From positions 496,001-560,000 of the forward strand of contig NIVC01000038.1 of assembly GCA_002269645.1 (NCBI GenBank): a DNA stretch of 64,000 nucleotides, in the 5' to 3' direction. Under the pieces are notes generated by a model, which was not told the DNA's origin, ran no database searches, and saw nothing but the letters and a program-made list of their open reading frames with translations. The stretch is from Macrostomum lignano. Lineage: Eukaryota. Shown piece by piece: positions 1-11,394 of this stretch (position 1 is its first letter; each line of letters begins with the position of its first letter). The position numbers and the translations under genes were made by a program.

Positions 1-490
1 GTCATCGTCCTGCCGGTGACATTGCTACTCTGCCGGGCAGCGCCGTCGGTCATCGTCCTGCCGGTGGCATTGCTACTCTGCCGGGCAGCGCCGTCGGTCA
101 TCGTCCTGCCGGTGGCATTGCTACTCTGCCGGGCAGCGCCGTCGGTCATCGTCCTGCCGGTGACATTGCTACTCTGCCGGGCAGCGCCGTCGGTCATCGT
201 CCTGCCGGTGGCATTGCTACTCTGCCGGGCAGCGCCGTCAGTCATCGTCCTGCCGGTGGCATTGCTACTCTGCCGGGCAGCGCCGTCGGTCATCGTCCTG
301 CCGGTGGCATTGCTACTCTGCCGGGCAGCGCCGTCGGTCATCGTCCTGCCGGTGACATTGCTACTCTGCCAGGCAGCGCCGTCGGTCATCGTCCTGCCGG
401 TGGCATTGCTACTCTGCCGGGCAGCGCCGTCGGTCATCGTCCTGCCGGTGACATTGCTACTCTGCCGGGCAGCGCCGTCGGTCATCGTCC
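1..490. repeat. 48-bp GC-rich tandem minisatellite, about 10 units, continues off the left edge
   Basis: Unit GTCATCGTCCTGCCGGTG(G/A)CATTGCTACTCTGCCGGGCAGCGCCGTCG repeats every 48 nt. One frame is open on each strand. Confidence 0.97.
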
Positions 491-1937
491 AGCCTTTCGA
501 ATTACATATACCGGTCCTCGGCCAGCCGGTGCGGCTGGTCATTCTGCAAACATCAAAGTCGGTAGTACATCACAATCTCAAGTTCTTATTAAAATTTTAA
601 AGTGACCAGGAGAGAAGCGAGAAGTTTCCGAGATGTAATTTGTTTTATGGTTGCAAAAGAATCTGAAAAAATTAAGTGCTTTGAATTCGTACGAGTAGCT
701 CGTATTAAACCACTTGTGAAATATCAAAATAATTGAATTAAATTTATCTCTGCGTAACCATTCGAAAAGGAGCAGGATTTGATTAAATAATATATTGCTA
801 GCAAGCCTATGGCAAAAAATATATATTAGAAGCAAAATCAATTTCTGTCAACGGATGCGCTTATTTTCAAAAGATCAGAGGTGTCCCAGTTTAAATTGCT
901 AGCTTATTTATTCACTGCTTTGAAATTTTACAGTGAAAAAATCAAGGTCTTTTTACCATTTTTACCATCCATTTTCACCATCCATTTTTAATTCAACGGC
1001 ATACGCCTCAAAATAAGCACCCTTTCTTATACTTTCATGTAGCTCGTAATGCTCGATTCAAATTCGTTCTCATGAGCTACAGTGTTCAATTATAATGCAG
1101 GTTTTTTCCTGTACTTTGCTTTTAAAATATATTTACGTGTGCTCTTTGGCGCCTTAAGAATCGGCAGCATTTTAAAAGCGTCGTAAATAAATATTTGTTA
1201 TAGTTGCGTCCAAATCTTTGAAGACGAAGAATGAGCAACATCTAGACATTTTCCAGCTTGTTGGTGATTCGTTAAATGTGAGGTATTGATACTTTTACTT
1301 TCAGTTATTTGAAATATCAGTTATCGTAGATGTTAGTCAGTGCAAATCGAGAGCCAAAAGTTTGCGAGGCGAGACGAAAGTGCCAAGTGCACTGACATAC
1401 GATACGATTTATTATAAGCGAGGTTCCATAGCAGCCCCTCAACCCAAGGGCTAAAACACCAACAGTGTACATTAAAGTCACGATAGAGCAGAGACGTGCA
1501 AAGAGCGTGAGCCCAGACAAAGAGCGCACGCACAGGAATAAAATCACAAACGATACGCGGAGTAAAAGCACACGCCCAACCCCCCACGCAACAGGCCCAA
1601 CATTTGAAAAAGCAACAATAGGCGAAATCCTAGGCCTTTATTATCTGTATAAAGTTTAGCGTGGCTGATGATGCACTATGAGCACTGAAGATTTTGAAGC
1701 TTCCTTGTGTACTTTAAGTAACACCCCGACGGCCAGTAATCCCGCCCGGCTGTCCCCTGTCCTTCCGCCCTCCGCAGGGCCCTACTTCGACTCAACAGTA
1801 GAGACATTAGGGCGGTGCCATGCCCTCTTAGGCTATGGCTGTTTTGCCGCGCATCGTTACCTCCAGGGAAAAAATCCGTAGCGAGAAATTATGCCCATTC
1901 TGCCCCTGCGGTTGAAAATCCGGAGCACTATTACATA

Positions 1938-2180
1938 TACTCAGCAACAGCTAACCCCCCCCCAACTCACGCTGTCACACGGGCACAAAAGTTAAGCAGT
2001 CTTTAATTCCCACCACTGGGTTGAGTTGCGCCACCCCCTCCCCAAATCCCCCATGCCGCATTTTGCGCTCGCGTCTGGCGGCGGCAGCCTTCACACATTT
2101 CTGAATCACCGATGGCATACAAAACTTTTGGGCCGTGTGACAGCGTGAGTTGGGGGGGGGGGTTTAGCTGTTGCTGAGTA
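1938..2180. mobile_element. MITE-like element with about 58-bp terminal inverted repeats
   Basis: 1935-1993 (ATATACTCAGCAACAGCTAA-C9-AACTCACGCTGTCACACGGGCACAAAAGTT) is the near-perfect reverse complement of 2123-2183. TA flanks both ends and there is no coding capacity. Confidence 0.7.
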
Positions 2181-3271
2181 TATATACACACTGCTGAGAA
2201 TTGAAAAGTATATTCCACCTTTAGCTAGTGATCTCAATTTTTCTCTGATCGGAATTGCAAGTAACGCAACTGGCATCACGCGCGGGGAGCGGCATTATTA
2301 TGTATTTAATGTAATACTACTGCATGGTTTCCTTGGTCATAAATGTCTAGGAAACTGTTTTTGGCAAAAATCGGATCTGTCTCACTTCTCTCCTTTCCGC
2401 GGCCCCTTGTTCATCCCCCGGTCGCTTTGTCACCTGTCGCGCTTTGAGGCGCTTATCGAGTTCGAGCCCCGGTTCATTTCTTTTTCCGTTGCCCGACCGC
2501 AGTAGTCTTGCCGCCGTAACATTCGCGGCGACCTCGTTCAGAGTTTGTCAGCAAGCGCGGTTTAGTCAGGAGCGGCCAGGGACTCGCTGAACTGTCAGGC
2601 CGTAAGTGTCCTCTTCATACACTTCATACCGACGTTTAATTGGTATAACTGTCTTGACGTTAATCTTGGTCCATTTCGCGATCGACCGGCCGCTCACCTC
2701 TGTCCAAAGCTTCAATGACCAAACTGTGCATCTTCTTATCTCAAACAGAGTGCAAAATGCTATATCAAACCTGTGTAAATTTCAAGTTAATCGCGAATAC
2801 ACGGGTTAAAGCCTACTATCATTATCAGCCGTTCTATCAGAATAGGATTATCACTCAATCTAGATCTACGAGTATCTGGAATTGTGTTCAACCGTGTTAT
2901 TCATTTACTTGTATACAGTACCTGCGACATTAGAGAAAGCTTGGTAGGACTCGCCGACCGGCCATAGGCAAATAGGACTCAATGGTTTTAAAATCTTCAA
3001 TTGTAGGTTTGTCTAGCCTACAACCTAAACTATCCTCTGTATCGCAATATTTTCAAATAGACCGACGCGAAAGGGGCCATCACAAACTCGAAAAAGAATA
3101 GGGTAAGGGGTCAGGGTTAGAGCCTTACCGGACTGTCGAGGAGGCATACACCTCATTGCATCAGAGCGACTGTTGGTCATGGAGCTGCACAATGCTGGAT
3201 AGCGAACCCTCTCTATCAACCAGGAGCCCGGTGACGATGAAATTGAGTTTAGATTGATGATTTTGTACGTA

Positions 3272-4652
3272 CGAGGGCTGAGTAATAAGTTTCCGGATGT
3301 GCATAGTTGAGAGGCGGCTGACAAAATCTGACACCATATAGGTGTCAAGTACATTTATAAAGTACAATGTTTGTAAAGTTTCAGACAAACTGGTCATATA
3401 TAGCCAGTGCAGCACCCAAACCAAGCTAGAATACCCACCCTTATCTATCGAATTCACAATGGAGCTCAATAGGAGTCATTTTAGAGCAATGATTTATTAC
3501 GATTTTAAAAGTGGTTTGCGGCAGCAAGAAAGTCTTGAGCGATTGCGAGGATTTTTGGGGATGAAGCACCTTCTAGATCCACCGTTTTTGACTAGTTTGC
3601 CGAATTTCGACGTGGCAGGCAGAGTCTGGATGATGAGGAGCGCAGCGGCCAGCCTGTCTCCGCAACGACCGAGGACAGCCTGTCTCCGCAACGACCGAGG
3701 ACAGCCTGTCTCCGCAACGACCGAGGACAGCCTGTCTCCGCAACGACCGAGGATAATGTTGCTGCTGTCCGGGCCATGGTTGAGAATGATGCCGCGAGTG
3801 ACTGTGGCCCAGATAGAGACAGAGGTGGGCATCTCATCAGGATTCATCAGGACGATCCTATATTCACAGCTCAACCTGAGCAAGATTTCTGCACGCTGGG
3901 TGCCTCATCAGCTGGCTCCGGAGCAGGAGGCTCGGGTGACCTGGTGCCGCACCATGCTCGACAGATTCAACGGAGGCAGCTCAAACTTGGTCTGGGATAT
4001 CGTCAGTGGTGACGAGTCCTGGATCTATAGTTTCAACCCGGAGACTAAGCAGCAGTCGGCCCAGCGGACTCCAGTTAGCGGCACCCCACCATCCAAGCTC
4101 GTCGAGATCGCGCAGCGTGGCGAAGCAGATGGTGGCCGTTTTTGTGGCGAAAACCGGTCATCTGGCCACGCGGTTCCACTCGTGCAGCAGCGCACAGTTA
4201 CCAGTGACTGGTACGCCAACGTTTGCCTGCCAGAAGTGCTGAGCGCTCTCTCCAGGCGTCGCCCAAGGACTCGAGCTCGGGGCATCCTTCTCCATCTCAA
4301 CAACGCCCCGGCCCACAAGGCTCGACAGGTGGCGGAGTTCCTAGCCGGAGAGCGCATTCAAGAGCTCGGTCATCCACCCTACAGCCCCGACCTGGCCCCC
4401 TGCGACTTCTTTGTGCTTCCACAAATCAAGTGCAGGCCATGCGTGGAATCCGCTATGGATCACCAAAGCTGCGTGGACTGGAGGCCTTCACCCTGCATGT
4501 GGAGAAGGTGCCTGCTTCAGATTGGTCCAGCTGCTTCAGCAAGTGATTTAGGCGCATGAAAATTTGCATCGAATCTGCTGAAGAGTACTTTGAAAAGATG
4601 TAACTGTTTTTTTCTCTAACTATTTCTGTCTGGGCACATCCGGAAACTTATT
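3272..4652 (+). mobile_element. Mariner (DD34D-type) DNA transposon, non-functional, copy 1
   Basis: Left end TA|CGAGGGCTGAGTAATAAGTTTCCGGATGTGC. The right TIR keeps only its inner 19 bp (4634-4652). Transposase motifs WVPHQL, GDESW and HPPYSPDLAPCDF are present. Confidence 0.93.
3459..4603 (+). pseudogene. Mariner transposase pseudogene (frameshifted)
   Basis: Starts MELNRSHFRAMIYYDF and ends CIESAEEYFEKM*. It has several frameshifts, the second catalytic motif reads LHLNNA (D to N), and a 26-bp unit is amplified 4 times at 3650-3753. Confidence 0.9.
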
Positions 4653-5832
4653 GTTCGGGGGGGGGTTCTAACTTCATTTGCTGAGTGTCCATATCGATTG
4701 ACAAAATGCTGTCAGCGTGGGTGCGTAGCCTGCAGACTTACATGTACACTGCATGTACGCTCCTACATGTATTGCAAGTAAGTCATGTAACATTATCTGC
4801 ATTCAGCCGTATGAAAATTTACACGTACAGCCGATAAGGGTGCGATTAAGGTCCTTGATCATATTGGCAAAAAGGAGCGGACTGTTTCAATGTCGCTTGA
4901 TCAGTACTCGATCGACATGTTACATGTTACTCGGCTCCACTTTATGAGCTTAAATTGACAGACCCTTTCTTTCTCAAAAGTTTGCAAATAAGATGCAAAA
5001 AACCGTGCACTACGCGAAGGCGAAACTTGAAAAATTTCTCTTGATAAAGTAATTCGTATTTATACTCCTAGTAAAACAGCAGAAATTCGTTGCTTAATGT
5101 AATTTAATTAAACATGCATATAGATATTAGTATTTTTTTGTTTAAATTGACACAAAGAAAAACTTACTTGCTCTTTATGTCACGCTTGCTTGTGCGGATC
5201 GTTAAATATTACAAGAACAGATGTGTGGTCTGATCTCATCTTGAAAGTAAAAACTATACAAAAGGAGAACAAGAACAAGTAAAAATATACAAAAATAAAT
5301 TACAGGCATTGAAATGATGCATGAGGCTTTCTCTGCTTTGTCACTTAAAATGAGTAGCACATTACATTGTAGGAAGCGGAAATAAGTCATAATGATGGCA
5401 GAAACTGATATCATTTGTGTACATAGGCCAAGTGTAGCTCGTAAGTAATGCTAAGATGGCTCGCATAAATGCGGGGGCAGATGGTGAAAAAATGCTCAGC
5501 TGATGTGTGGTGAGAGACTGGGACAGTCATTACTATGCATACTTATTTTTTGTACGAAAATGTTTTTAAACCCCGAACCCGGTACCAAAACCCGACGACC
5601 CTGACCCCAATTAATGCAATCAGAACTATCCTTACTTTTCCTGGGGCATCTTAGCATAACTTAGTTAAGTTACTAGACCCACAAATACAATATAAATCGC
5701 AACACTCAGCAAAAAGTTAAGCAATATTGTAGTTCAGTAATTGAACAAACAATTGAATACGACTTTTTTTTACAAATAAGCATGGTTGAAAAGTTATCAA
5801 AATGTACCAAAGTTGCTGATGCACTTTAGTTA

Positions 5833-6462
5833 TCAATCAAGTTCGTCCTCCGATGAAGATGAGCCCGAGCAGTCGGAACTTTTGTTGCTGCAGACCTCTG
5901 TAATGGGCAACCTAAATGAGTTAAATCGAGCTAGAGAATCTCGTTCCGCATTGACCGCTGGACTTCTTCTGTTGAGCGAATAGAAGTGGTGAAAATTTCA
6001 ATAGCCGCAAGCTGCACAGCGAGAGGAAAAGGCCGGATGGTGTGGTTATCAAGACGGGAGTATATCGCGACGAAGCGTTTCAGGCTCCTTCAATGTATAC
6101 TGGCTTCCGCTGGATTCGAGCACTTTCTTCATTTCTGTGGTAGTACATCAACTTTGCGCGTCAGCAGACGACTCTGGTGCGAACCTGGTGGGTAAAATTT
6201 AGCATTTACGCAAATTAATGATACTGATTTGGATAGATGATAAGATGGCAAAAAAGGTTTTTGACACTGAATTTATAAGTACTCGTATATTATTACGCGA
6301 TGTGATTTACCAATGCATCTATTAAGTGCGTTCAAGGCCTGCGCTTCTCGACTGCAAGCCGGCGCATCTTTTGAAGCCAATCGCTGGTTCGCTGAGTAGC
6401 CGCATGTGCATCTTCGCGAAGCCATTGTTCACCTAATTGCAGCAACTGCTGGTAGGTGAAGT
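5833..6462 (-). pseudogene. Partial duplicate of KDZ transposase exons 9-10
   Basis: Matches 10633-11265 with 1-nt deletions. It lies inside duplication copy 1 and is cut by the gap. Confidence 0.8.
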
Positions 6463-6591
6463 CTAAAATTTTGGTAATTAGTAGTAATTTCAGCATCTAC
6501 GCATACGAAATATTGAGTTTATACTCGTTTCATTTATGAAATGAGTACGCGAAGAGATAAACGGTAACATCCAAACGCGCATATGCATCAA

Positions 6592-7378
6592 NNNNNNNNN
6601 NNNNNNNNNNNNNNNNNNNNNNNNNNNNNNNNNNNNNNNNNNNNNNNNNNNNNNNNNNNNNNNNNNNNNNNNNNNNNNNNNNNNNNNNNNNNNNNNNNNN
6701 NNNNNNNNNNNNNNNNNNNNNNNNNNNNNNNNNNNNNNNNNNNNNNNNNNNNNNNNNNNNNNNNNNNNNNNNNNNNNNNNNNNNNNNNNNNNNNNNNNNN
6801 NNNNNNNNNNNNNNNNNNNNNNNNNNNNNNNNNNNNNNNNNNNNNNNNNNNNNNNNNNNNNNNNNNNNNNNNNNNNNNNNNNNNNNNNNNNNNNNNNNNN
6901 NNNNNNNNNNNNNNNNNNNNNNNNNNNNNNNNNNNNNNNNNNNNNNNNNNNNNNNNNNNNNNNNNNNNNNNNNNNNNNNNNNNNNNNNNNNNNNNNNNNN
7001 NNNNNNNNNNNNNNNNNNNNNNNNNNNNNNNNNNNNNNNNNNNNNNNNNNNNNNNNNNNNNNNNNNNNNNNNNNNNNNNNNNNNNNNNNNNNNNNNNNNN
7101 NNNNNNNNNNNNNNNNNNNNNNNNNNNNNNNNNNNNNNNNNNNNNNNNNNNNNNNNNNNNNNNNNNNNNNNNNNNNNNNNNNNNNNNNNNNNNNNNNNNN
7201 NNNNNNNNNNNNNNNNNNNNNNNNNNNNNNNNNNNNNNNNNNNNNNNNNNNNNNNNNNNNNNNNNNNNNNNNNNNNNNNNNNNNNNNNNNNNNNNNNNNN
7301 NNNNNNNNNNNNNNNNNNNNNNNNNNNNNNNNNNNNNNNNNNNNNNNNNNNNNNNNNNNNNNNNNNNNNNNNNNNNNN
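6592..7378. other. Assembly gap (787 N)
   Basis: Run of N. Confidence 1.
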
Positions 7379-10300
7379 AAGCGCGGTTTAGTCAGGAGCG
7401 GCCAGGGACTCGCTGAACTGTCAGGCCGTAAGTGTCCTCTTCATACACTTCATACGACGTTTAATTGGTATAACTGTCTTGACGTTAATCTTGGTCCATT
7501 TCGCGATCGACCGGCCGCTCACCTCTGTCCAAAGCTTCAATGACCAAACTGTGCATCTTCTTATCTCAAACAGAGTGCAAAATGCTATATCAAACCTGTG
7601 TAAATTTCAAGTTAATCGCGAATACACGTTAAAGCCTACTATCATTATCAGCCGTTCTATCAGAATAGGATTATCACTCAATCTAGATCTACGAGTATCT
7701 GGAATTGTGTTCAACCGTGTTATTCATTTACTTGTATACAGTACCTGCGACATTAGAGAAAGCTTGGTAGGACTCGCCGACCGGCCATAGGCAAATAGGA
7801 CTCAATGGTTTTAAAATCTTCAATTGTAGGTTTGTCTAGCCTACAACCTAAACTATCCTCTGTATCGCAATATTTTCAAATAGACCGACGCGAAAGGGGG
7901 CCATCACAAACTCGAAAAAGAATAGGGTAAGGGGTCAGGGTTAGAGCCTTACCGGACTGTCGAGGAGGCATACACCTCATTGCATCAGAGCGACTGTTGG
8001 TCATGGAGCTGCACAATGCTGGATAGCGAACCCTCTCTATCAACCAGGAGCCCGGTGACGATGAAATTGAGTTTAGATTGATGATTTTGTACGTACGAGG
8101 GCTGAGTAATAAGTTTCCGGATGTGCATAGTTGAGAGGCGGCTGACAAAATCTGACACCATATAGGTGTCAAGTACATTTATAAAGTACAATGTTTGTAA
8201 AGTTTCAGACAAACTGGTCATATATAGCCAGTGCAGCACCCAAACCAAGCTAGAATACCCACCCTTATCTATCGAATTCACAATGGAGCTCAATAGGAGT
8301 CATTTTAGAGCAATGATTTATTACGATTTTAAAAGTGGTTTGCGGCAGCAAGAAAGTCTTGAGCGATTGCGAGGATTTTTGGGGATGAAGCACCTTCTAG
8401 ATCCACCGTTTTTGACTAGTTTGCCGAATTTCGACGTGGCAGGCAGAGTCTGGATGATGAGGAGCGCAGCGGCCAGCCTGTCTCCGCAACGACCGAGGAC
8501 AGCCTGTCTCCGCAACGACCGAGGACAGCCTGTCTCCGCAACGACCGAGGATAATGTTGCTGCTGTCCGGGCCATGGTTGAGAATGATGCCCGAGTGACT
8601 GTGGCCCAGATAGAGACAGAGGTGGGCATCTCATCAGGATTCATCAGGACGATCCTATATTCACAGCTCAACCTGAGCAAGATTTCTGCACGCTGGGTGC
8701 CTCATCAGCTGGCTCCGGAGCAGGAGGCTCGGGTGACCTGGTGCCGCACCATGCTCGACAGATTCAACGGAGGCAGCTCAAACTTGGTCTGGGATATCGT
8801 CAGTGGTGACGAGTCCTGGATCTATAGTTTCAACCCGGAGACTAAGCAGCAGTCGGCCCAGCGGACTCCAGTTAGCGGCACCCCACCATCCAAGCTCGTC
8901 GAGATCGCGCAGCGTGGCGAAGCAGATGGTGGCCGTTTTTGTGGCGAAAACCGGTCATCTGGCCACGCGGTTCCACTCGTGCAGCAGCGCACAGTTACCA
9001 GTGACTGGTACGCCAACGTTTGCCTGCCAGAAGTGCTGAGCGCTCTCTCCAGGCGTCGCCCAAGGACTCGAGCTCGGGGCATCCTTCTCCATCTCAACAA
9101 CGCCCCGGCCCACAAGGCTCGACAGGTGGCGGAGTTCCTAGCCGGAGAGCGCATTCAAGAGCTCGGTCATCCACCCTACAGCCCCGACCTGGCCCCTGCG
9201 ACTTCTTTGTGCTTCCACAAATCAAGTGCAGGCCATGCGTGGAATCCGCTATGGATCACCAAAGCTGCGTGGACTGGAGGCCTTCACCCTGCATGTGGAG
9301 AAGGTGCCTGCTTCAGATTGGTCCAGCTGCTTCAGCAAGTGATTTAGGCGCATGAAAATTTGCATCGAATCTGCTGAAGAGTACTTTGAAAAGATGTAAC
9401 TGTTTTTTTCTCTAACTATTTCTGTCTGGGCACATCCGGAAACTTATTGTTCGGGGGGGGGGGTTCTAACTTCATTTGCTGAGTGTCCATATCGATTGAC
9501 AAAATGCTGTCAGCGTGGGTGCGTAGCCTGCAGACTTACATGTACACTGCATGTACGCTCCTACATGTATTGCAAGTAAGTCATGTAACATTATCTGCAT
9601 TCAGCCGTATGAAAATTTACACGTACAGCCGATAAGGGTGCGATTAAGGTCCTTGATCATATTGGCAAAAAGGAGCGGACTGTTTCAATGTCGCTTGATC
9701 AGTACTCGATCGACATGTTACATGTTACTCGGGCTCCACTTTATGAGCTTAAATTGACAGACCCTTTCTTTCTCAAAAGTTTGCAAATAAGATGCAAAAA
9801 ACCGTGCACTACGCGAAGGCGAAACTTGAAATTTTTCTCTTGATAAAGTAATTCGTATTTATACTCCTAGTAAAACAGCAGAAATTCGTTGCTTAATGTA
9901 ATTTAATTAAACATGCATATAGATATTAGTATTTTTTTGTTTAAATTGACACAAAGAAAAACTTACTTGCTCTTTATGTCACGCTTGCTTGTGCGGATCG
10001 TTAAATATTACAAGAACAGATGTGTGGTCTGATCTCATCTTGAAAGTAAAAACTATACAAAAGGAGAACAAGAACAAGTAAAAATATACAAAAATAAATT
10101 ACAGGCATTGAAATGATGCATGAGGCTTTCTCTGCTTTGTCACTTAAAATGAGTAGCACATTACATTGTAGGAAGCGGAAATAAGTCATAATGATGGCAG
10201 AAACTGATATCATTTGTGTACATAGGCCAAGTGTAGCTCGTAAGTAATGCTAAGATGGCTCGCATAAATGCGGGGCAGATGGTGAAAAAATGCTCAGCTG

Positions 10301-11394
10301 ATGTGTGGTGAGAGACTGGGACAGTCATTACTATGCATACTTATTTTTTGTACGAAAATGTTTTTAAACCCCGAACCCGGTACCAAAACCCGACCGACCC
10401 TGACCCCAATTAATGCAATCAGAACTATCCTTACTTTTCCTGGGGCATCTTAGCATAACTTAGTTAAGTTACTAGACCCCACAAATACAATATAAATCGC
10501 AACACTCAGCAAAAAGTTAAGCAATATTGTAGTTCAGTAATTGAACAAACAATTGAATACGACTTTTTTTTACAAATAAGCATGGTTGAAAAGTTATCAA
10601 AATGTACCAAAGTTGCTGATGCACTTTAGTTATCAATCAAGTTCGTCCTCCGATGAAGATGAGCCCGAGCAGTCGGAACTTTTGTTGCTGCAGACCTCTG
10701 TAATGGGCAACCTAAATGAGTTAAATCGAGCTAGAGAATCTCGTTCCGCATTGACCCGCTGGACTTCTTCTGTTGAGCGAATAGAAGTGGTGAAAATTTC
10801 AATAGCCGCAAGCTGCACAGCGAGAGGAAAAGGCCGGATGGTGTGGTTATCAAGACGGGAGTATATCGCCGACGAAGCGTTTTCCAGCTCCTTCAATGTA
10901 TACTGGCTTCCGCTGGATTCGAGCACTTTCTTCATTTCTGTGCGTAGTACATCAACTTTGCGCGTCAGCAGACGACTCTGGTGCGAACCTGGTGGGTAAA
11001 ATTTAGCATTTACGCAAATTAATGATACTGATTTGGATAGATGATAAGATGGCAAAAAAGGTTTTGACACTGAATTTATAAGTACTCGTATATATTACGC
11101 GATGTGATTTACCAATGCATCTATTAAGTGCGTTCAAGGCCTGCCGCTTCTCGACTGCAAGCCGGCGCATCTTTTGAAGCCAATCGCTGGTTCGCTGAGT
11201 AGCCGCATGTGCATCTTCGCGAAGCCATTGTTCACCTAATTGCAGCAACTGCTGGTAGGTGAAGTCTAAAATTTTGGTAATTAGTAGTAATTTCAGCATC
11301 TACGCATACGAAATTTGAGTTTATACTCGTTTCATTTATGAAATGAGTACGCGAAGAGATAAACGGTAACATCCAAACGCTGCATATGCATCAA
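7379..11394. repeat. Copy 2 of the 4-kb direct duplication
   Basis: Starts AAGCGCGGTTTAGTCAGG as at 2553 and ends GCATCAA as at 6591. Confidence 0.95.
8096..9448 (+). mobile_element. Mariner DNA transposon, non-functional, copy 2 (transposase remnant 8283-9399)
   Basis: Same TIRs, TA at 8094-8095 and largely shared frameshifts. The 26-bp unit is present 3 times at 8474-8551. Confidence 0.93.

Larger units (their letters stand above)
2553..6591. repeat. Copy 1 of a 4-kb direct duplication (left of the N gap)
   Basis: Near-identical to 7379-11394. Differences are mostly single-base indels plus one extra 26-bp repeat unit. Confidence 0.95.

Noticed and set aside
16-600. Plus-strand 194-aa ORF (LLLCRAAPSVIVLPVA)n
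   Set aside because: It starts at a non-ATG codon and is open only because the 48-bp unit is a multiple of three. No protein-like context.
1655-1700. TGATGA...CTGA resembling snoRNA C/D boxes
   Set aside because: The boxes are too close together and there is no terminal stem or host-intron context.
6583-7416. 277-aa ORF in the track
   Set aside because: Artefact of translating the N gap.
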